From assembly GCA_003344405.1 (NCBI GenBank), contig NOWV01000118.1, positions 62,001 to 126,000 on the forward strand: a DNA stretch of 64,000 bases, in the 5' to 3' direction. Positions 59,401 through 64,000 of the stretch are shown piece after piece; the first letter of the stretch is position 1; every line of letters starts with the position of its first letter. Below the pieces are notes generated by a model, which saw nothing but the letters and a program-made list of their open reading frames with translations, was not told where the DNA came from and ran no database searches. A program made the position numbers and the translations under genes. This DNA is from Trichoplax sp. H2. Lineage: Eukaryota.

Positions 59401-61316
59401 GCACTTTCTGATACTTCTATACGTTGCTGTTGAAATATTATTTCAAAATTCTCATATCAGGAAAATTTACTGTATTCGCCTATTTAATAACTAAAACTAA
59501 ATACTTAAAACTTCTGAATCGTCATATTAATTTTTATTTTTGATTTACATGATATACAGTAATTCCACGCAATCCAAAACAAGTGCTTTAGATATACTCC
59601 TATTTATCGTCTCAATTGCATGTACTTCCATTAGCTATTTTATTATTGATAGCGTTATGTGAATCTATATTTATAGATTATATGTGATATAGTTCATAAA
59701 GATAAGGATAAGAGAGGTTGTTACGTAAAGGTATATTCTGAATGGAACATTTAGCAATTTACCAAATTGATCATGTCACGACAGCAGCGCTACAGAGATT
59801 GTAGATACAAGCAGTAAGATATTAGCTTTAAACTAAGAGTACATTATCTTAATTTATTCCATTAACCAATCGTTAAGTAATCGCCTCAACTGGCGATTAC
59901 GTGACTGCACTACTACTATTAAAAAACTCAACTTTTCCATAATGCATCACTGGAATGCACGAAATTAAAAATTGATTCCTAAATTTTTAATCAACTTCGT
60001 TTTTATGATACTTAGAGGGGTTGGCATATCTTTAAAGTGAGGGAAAAACTCCAATAACAATAATCACTATTATAGCCCTAACAAAAGGCAATAATACAAA
60101 AAAATTGAAGACGAAATCAAGATTTTCCATTTTATATAATGGTGGACTGACTAATATGAATACCCTGGCATAAAAGTGGCTCCACACTCGAGGAGCATGT
60201 TAAAATGTTGTAATGACAATCGTACAATGTCCTAACCTTTCAAAATCTGTAGCTACTAAACTATACTATTATAAGACTAGAAAAATATTGAACAACGATA
60301 GATGATGGTCATCGTACGATTCCTTACCATAAAAATCGTTCAAACCTACATTAAATACCTTATTTGACTAAAATTGTGTGCATTGTTCATTACAGCAAAG
60401 TTTCTTACTTATCGTAGTCTTCTTTACAGTATAACTTGTGATCCTTGATATAACAACTTTTAGACAACGGCTGAGTACATTTATAACATCTTAGGCAATC
60501 TTCATGCCATAAATCGTCGGCTACTTTTAATAGAAATTTATCTTGAATGAGTTGATTGCAGCCAGTGCACTTCTGCTTAATTGCTAATAAAGAGTGTGGC
60601 ATAGCAGTACGATTGTCAACTATAACAGAAACAGAATAAGTTATAGCTGAGTTTTAATACAGTATTGAGAAATAGCCAAACAAAATCATCCGGTCAGATA
60701 GAACAAGTAATTATTTACGATTTTTAAATGAGAAAGACGGATTAAAATTAATTCTAAACCAGTAGTATAACTTTAAAACTTGGTAGTACATTATTCCTAG
60801 TCAGTATATTTGACTAATCGCAATTATTGATAGAAGAATAGTGTCTACAGCTTGTGTATACATTGATAACATGTAGAAAGGGTGCAACAATTGATTCTGA
60901 GATGTAAATGGAAAGTAGCAAGATCCTGACGTGAAAAATTAGAGGTCAAAACTGTGATCTAGATGTAATCTATGTATGGATAATCCTCAGCTATGATTTA
61001 ACACTAAACGCCTTAGAAGGCAGACAGTTGATGTAGCCTTTTGAGCTCATCTGTAAACTAAATTCTTTTAACTGCATAGATGCAATACGTCAATAATATC
61101 CATTCATCTACAAACTGAGCTAATCGTAATGATGTAATAGATGCTTTAATGTTGAATCGATTTGGTAAATAGATAGCGATGTATGATTAAATCTTTTCGA
61201 TCTTATCGAATGATTTTTAATTAGTTCATCAATGTCCTATTTCTTTTACATAGCCTAAAAATAATTTTCAACATTTTCAAGATATTGCTCTTACCTGATG
61301 CCATAGTAGAAGTCAT
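55729..61316 (-). CDS. Lmx1: LIM-homeobox transcription factor, Lmx1-like, 7 predicted coding exons, ~292 aa
   Basis: Exons 61316-61295 (MTSTMAS, G|gtaaga), 60619-60409 (LIM1), 56806-56568 (LIM2), 56455-56277, 56168-56091, 56012-55925, 55790-55729 (sum 879 nt). Homeodomain [58 protein letters not shown] has the Lmx-diagnostic QQR, SFExSSKP and WFQNQRAK. The first and last exons are less certain than the core. Confidence 0.92.
56422..56456 (-). repeat. (GAA)n coding microsatellite encoding a poly-glutamate tract in Lmx
   Basis: (ttc)n on + strand; translates as 12 consecutive E at the start of the exon before the homeodomain. Confidence 0.85.
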
Positions 61317-64000
61317 GGATAAAATAATAATTTACCAGTTTGCCAAGCTTTATGACCGGATAACTAACGTTGTCCAAAAAGTAATAATCTGCAGTGAATA
61401 ATCTTCTTGATCTCTTTTAGATGGGTTCTTCTGCAATTTCTGCTCGTTTTTACCAAAACCTATGAAAGGAGACCGGTAATCTGTGATCTCTGTCTAGGTT
61501 GTATAGTTGAGATTTTAAATCATTCATAAGAACTTTTTTAATATTACAACAGAATTATAAGATTAGATGATGGCGATGGAAGCATAGCAATCTAACTGTT
61601 CGTAAAGTTGGCTGTTGGCTAATTTTTATGATATCAATCGGGTAGCTTTCTTTAATGCTGACTACTTCTCAACTACACCAGCACTGTAGCTGATGGTAAC
61701 ACAGTTACTTAGTTTAGCAACTAGATTAAATAAGAAAATATAGTATGGTTGTCGATAGATTGATGAATACAAAAGAAACAGCCGCCACGGAAAATAGGAT
61801 GGTAAAGAAAAAGGAGACAAATCTCGATAATGTGTGGACAGCAAAATACACATATATGTACATTCAATAGATTGTGTAATGGCCCATAGACAGGATGATA
61901 CAATCATGCATACGGCTGCAATGAGAATAAAACTTTCCAAATTATAGTAATGGAATAGAAAAAAAAAAACGACGATGAATTGAACACTTATTGTATTTAC
62001 AGTTAAGTATGTATTATACAGTAGATAAATATAATTTTGATGATGTCAAAAAATAATACTTGTCATCGATATCAATATATTACTTCGATTGACTATTTAA
62101 AAAAAAATAAAAAAATATACAGTCCAACGATCATGTCAGCATAGAAGGAAGTGATGATGATCCAATTCTTCAACTTAAAAATAGAATAGAGTAAAATTTT
62201 GACAATAGATTGATATAGGGTTTTGTCGGTGGAAATGAAAGGTAGGTTGGAGGGAGGGGTAAAGGTGATTCATCATGACTTTGAATGCGTACTAATAATT
62301 AATACTGTTAATATATAAGAATAATAGTCGTCAATGGAGATGATAGAATAAAGATGATGAGCATCAATGCATAGAGAGAAGGAGAGAAGAATAGCTGACT
62401 ACTAGAAGACAATTGCAAGCCTACTGTACTTGGCAATATTCCATACAAAATGGGGTCGTCCACTATAATGCTGTATTATAATAGTTTCTATAGCTAATAC
62501 AGTAAAAGGTAAAATTATGTTTTATTGCATTCAGTTGATAGATAGATCATTTTGCGTTGGAGGAATAGATACCATTTGAGTTAGTACAATGTGTCCATGA
62601 AGGTTTATTAATCGATATCGCTATATATAAAACTATTAAAATCGTCGTAAATCATAAATATTATAATAGACTGATTTCTCCAGGAAAAAATAAAATTTAA
62701 TGGCAATCTTTATTAGTCGGGCTGAAGTTAGCGATTAATCTTAGATGATTATTATGTACTGTAGACATTAAATACGTGGGTAGCTATTGATACCTGAATA
62801 GCATATATAGTATTTTCTTGAATTCATTATTCGACTGCATATAACGTCCATTAATTTGGGCCTTCTTTGGTAAATTTGACATTTCATCCATATATCGGAT
62901 GTAAAATTGTACAGTATAATGTCTTGAAGAAGTGCAATCTAACTCATAACTTCTGCCTTACAGTATGCTGCAGTTACCTTGTGTTATACAGTAAATGTGA
63001 TTTTAATAATTTTAGTCTTATATGAGAGGATAACATTAGTTATTACCAATAGTCGTTACTCTGCTGTTTTTTTAGTTCATATATTACTGACACTCTATGG
63101 ATATGATGCCCCCAAATGATACCTATGGTTGAGCTTGTGTCTAACAGATGTAATTATTTAGTTACATTGCTCCTGTGTGTATATTCACACGAACAATTAA
63201 TACTGTATATAGCGTACATACTACCGTGTCATAACTTTACAATGAATTCTCGTAAAATACATATACAGTATATCCTAATTTTTTACAGAGTGCAATCGCC
63301 TTACTGTGCCCAATTAATCTGATTATGGCAGTATATTGCAATGTGCAATACTCATGATCCTAGAATTGTAATTATTGATATCGATAATTTTCGTTTATTG
63401 CTCGTAATCGACCGATTCTGAATGCATTTCAGTTTAATTTTACTTTCCCATTGCTTATTCTTGTGTATTTTCTTACCACTTAATAAATTTATTCATACAT
63501 ATTGCCCACGAGGGTATTATAAGCTCGACGCCAGCAATGATTGGAAATAGTCTAAAATTGCAGTAGTTCAGTAAGCTACCCAGGATGTTTCAACATGCTC
63601 ATACGAGATATATATATATAGTTTAAATGCTCACAGGTCGGCACAAATTTAGAATTATACCCTTTAGCATGCAGGATTTTAATCAGAGAATTGAAATTTA
63701 AAAAATAATAATTAACCATATCGCTTTTATGCACTGCTTTTAAATCAAATAGCATAAAAATGATTACCCTGAAGGCCATAATGGTGAACAGTAAAGAAAG
63801 TATCTATTTCTCTTACGTACTGAACTGTAATCTATGCTGTCATAATAATATATAACAGTTAAATTAATGTTAATTTAGGTTACTGCAATGATGGAGTCTT
63901 CTCTGAGTGGTCTGATGATATAATTATTGAATAATGATTTTGTAGTGAGGTTTCTTTCATGAATATTGTTTGAATCTCCATTACATAAACCTACGCTAAT

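Overview
AT-rich, intron-containing animal genomic DNA. The compact introns and gene content suggest an early-branching metazoan, most likely the placozoan Trichoplax (inference). The window holds five genes. (1) A complete 19-coding-exon protein kinase N gene (PKN/PRK: 3x HR1, C2-like, AGC kinase; + strand, 8072-15525). It is followed by four LIM-domain genes: (2) LMO4-like LIM-only (+), (3) Lhx3/4-like LIM-homeobox (-), (4) Lhx6/8-like (+), which stops right after LIM2 with no recognisable intact homeobox, and (5) Lmx1-like LIM-homeobox (-). The first ~6 kb is compositionally distinct and is saturated with TA-CAG-TA / TA-CTG-TA units. Two aligned copies of a 1.1-kb segment show that these units were added at TA dinucleotides, in either orientation at the same site. 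This matches the excision-footprint signature of Tc1/mariner transposons better than ordinary microsatellite slippage. Several degenerate 100-200 bp tandem arrays lie between the genes. Two 20-N gaps are flanked by duplicated sequence and probably represent uncollapsed haplotypes. Exon boundaries were derived by hand from GT-AG sites, frame continuity and protein similarity; no transcript evidence was available.
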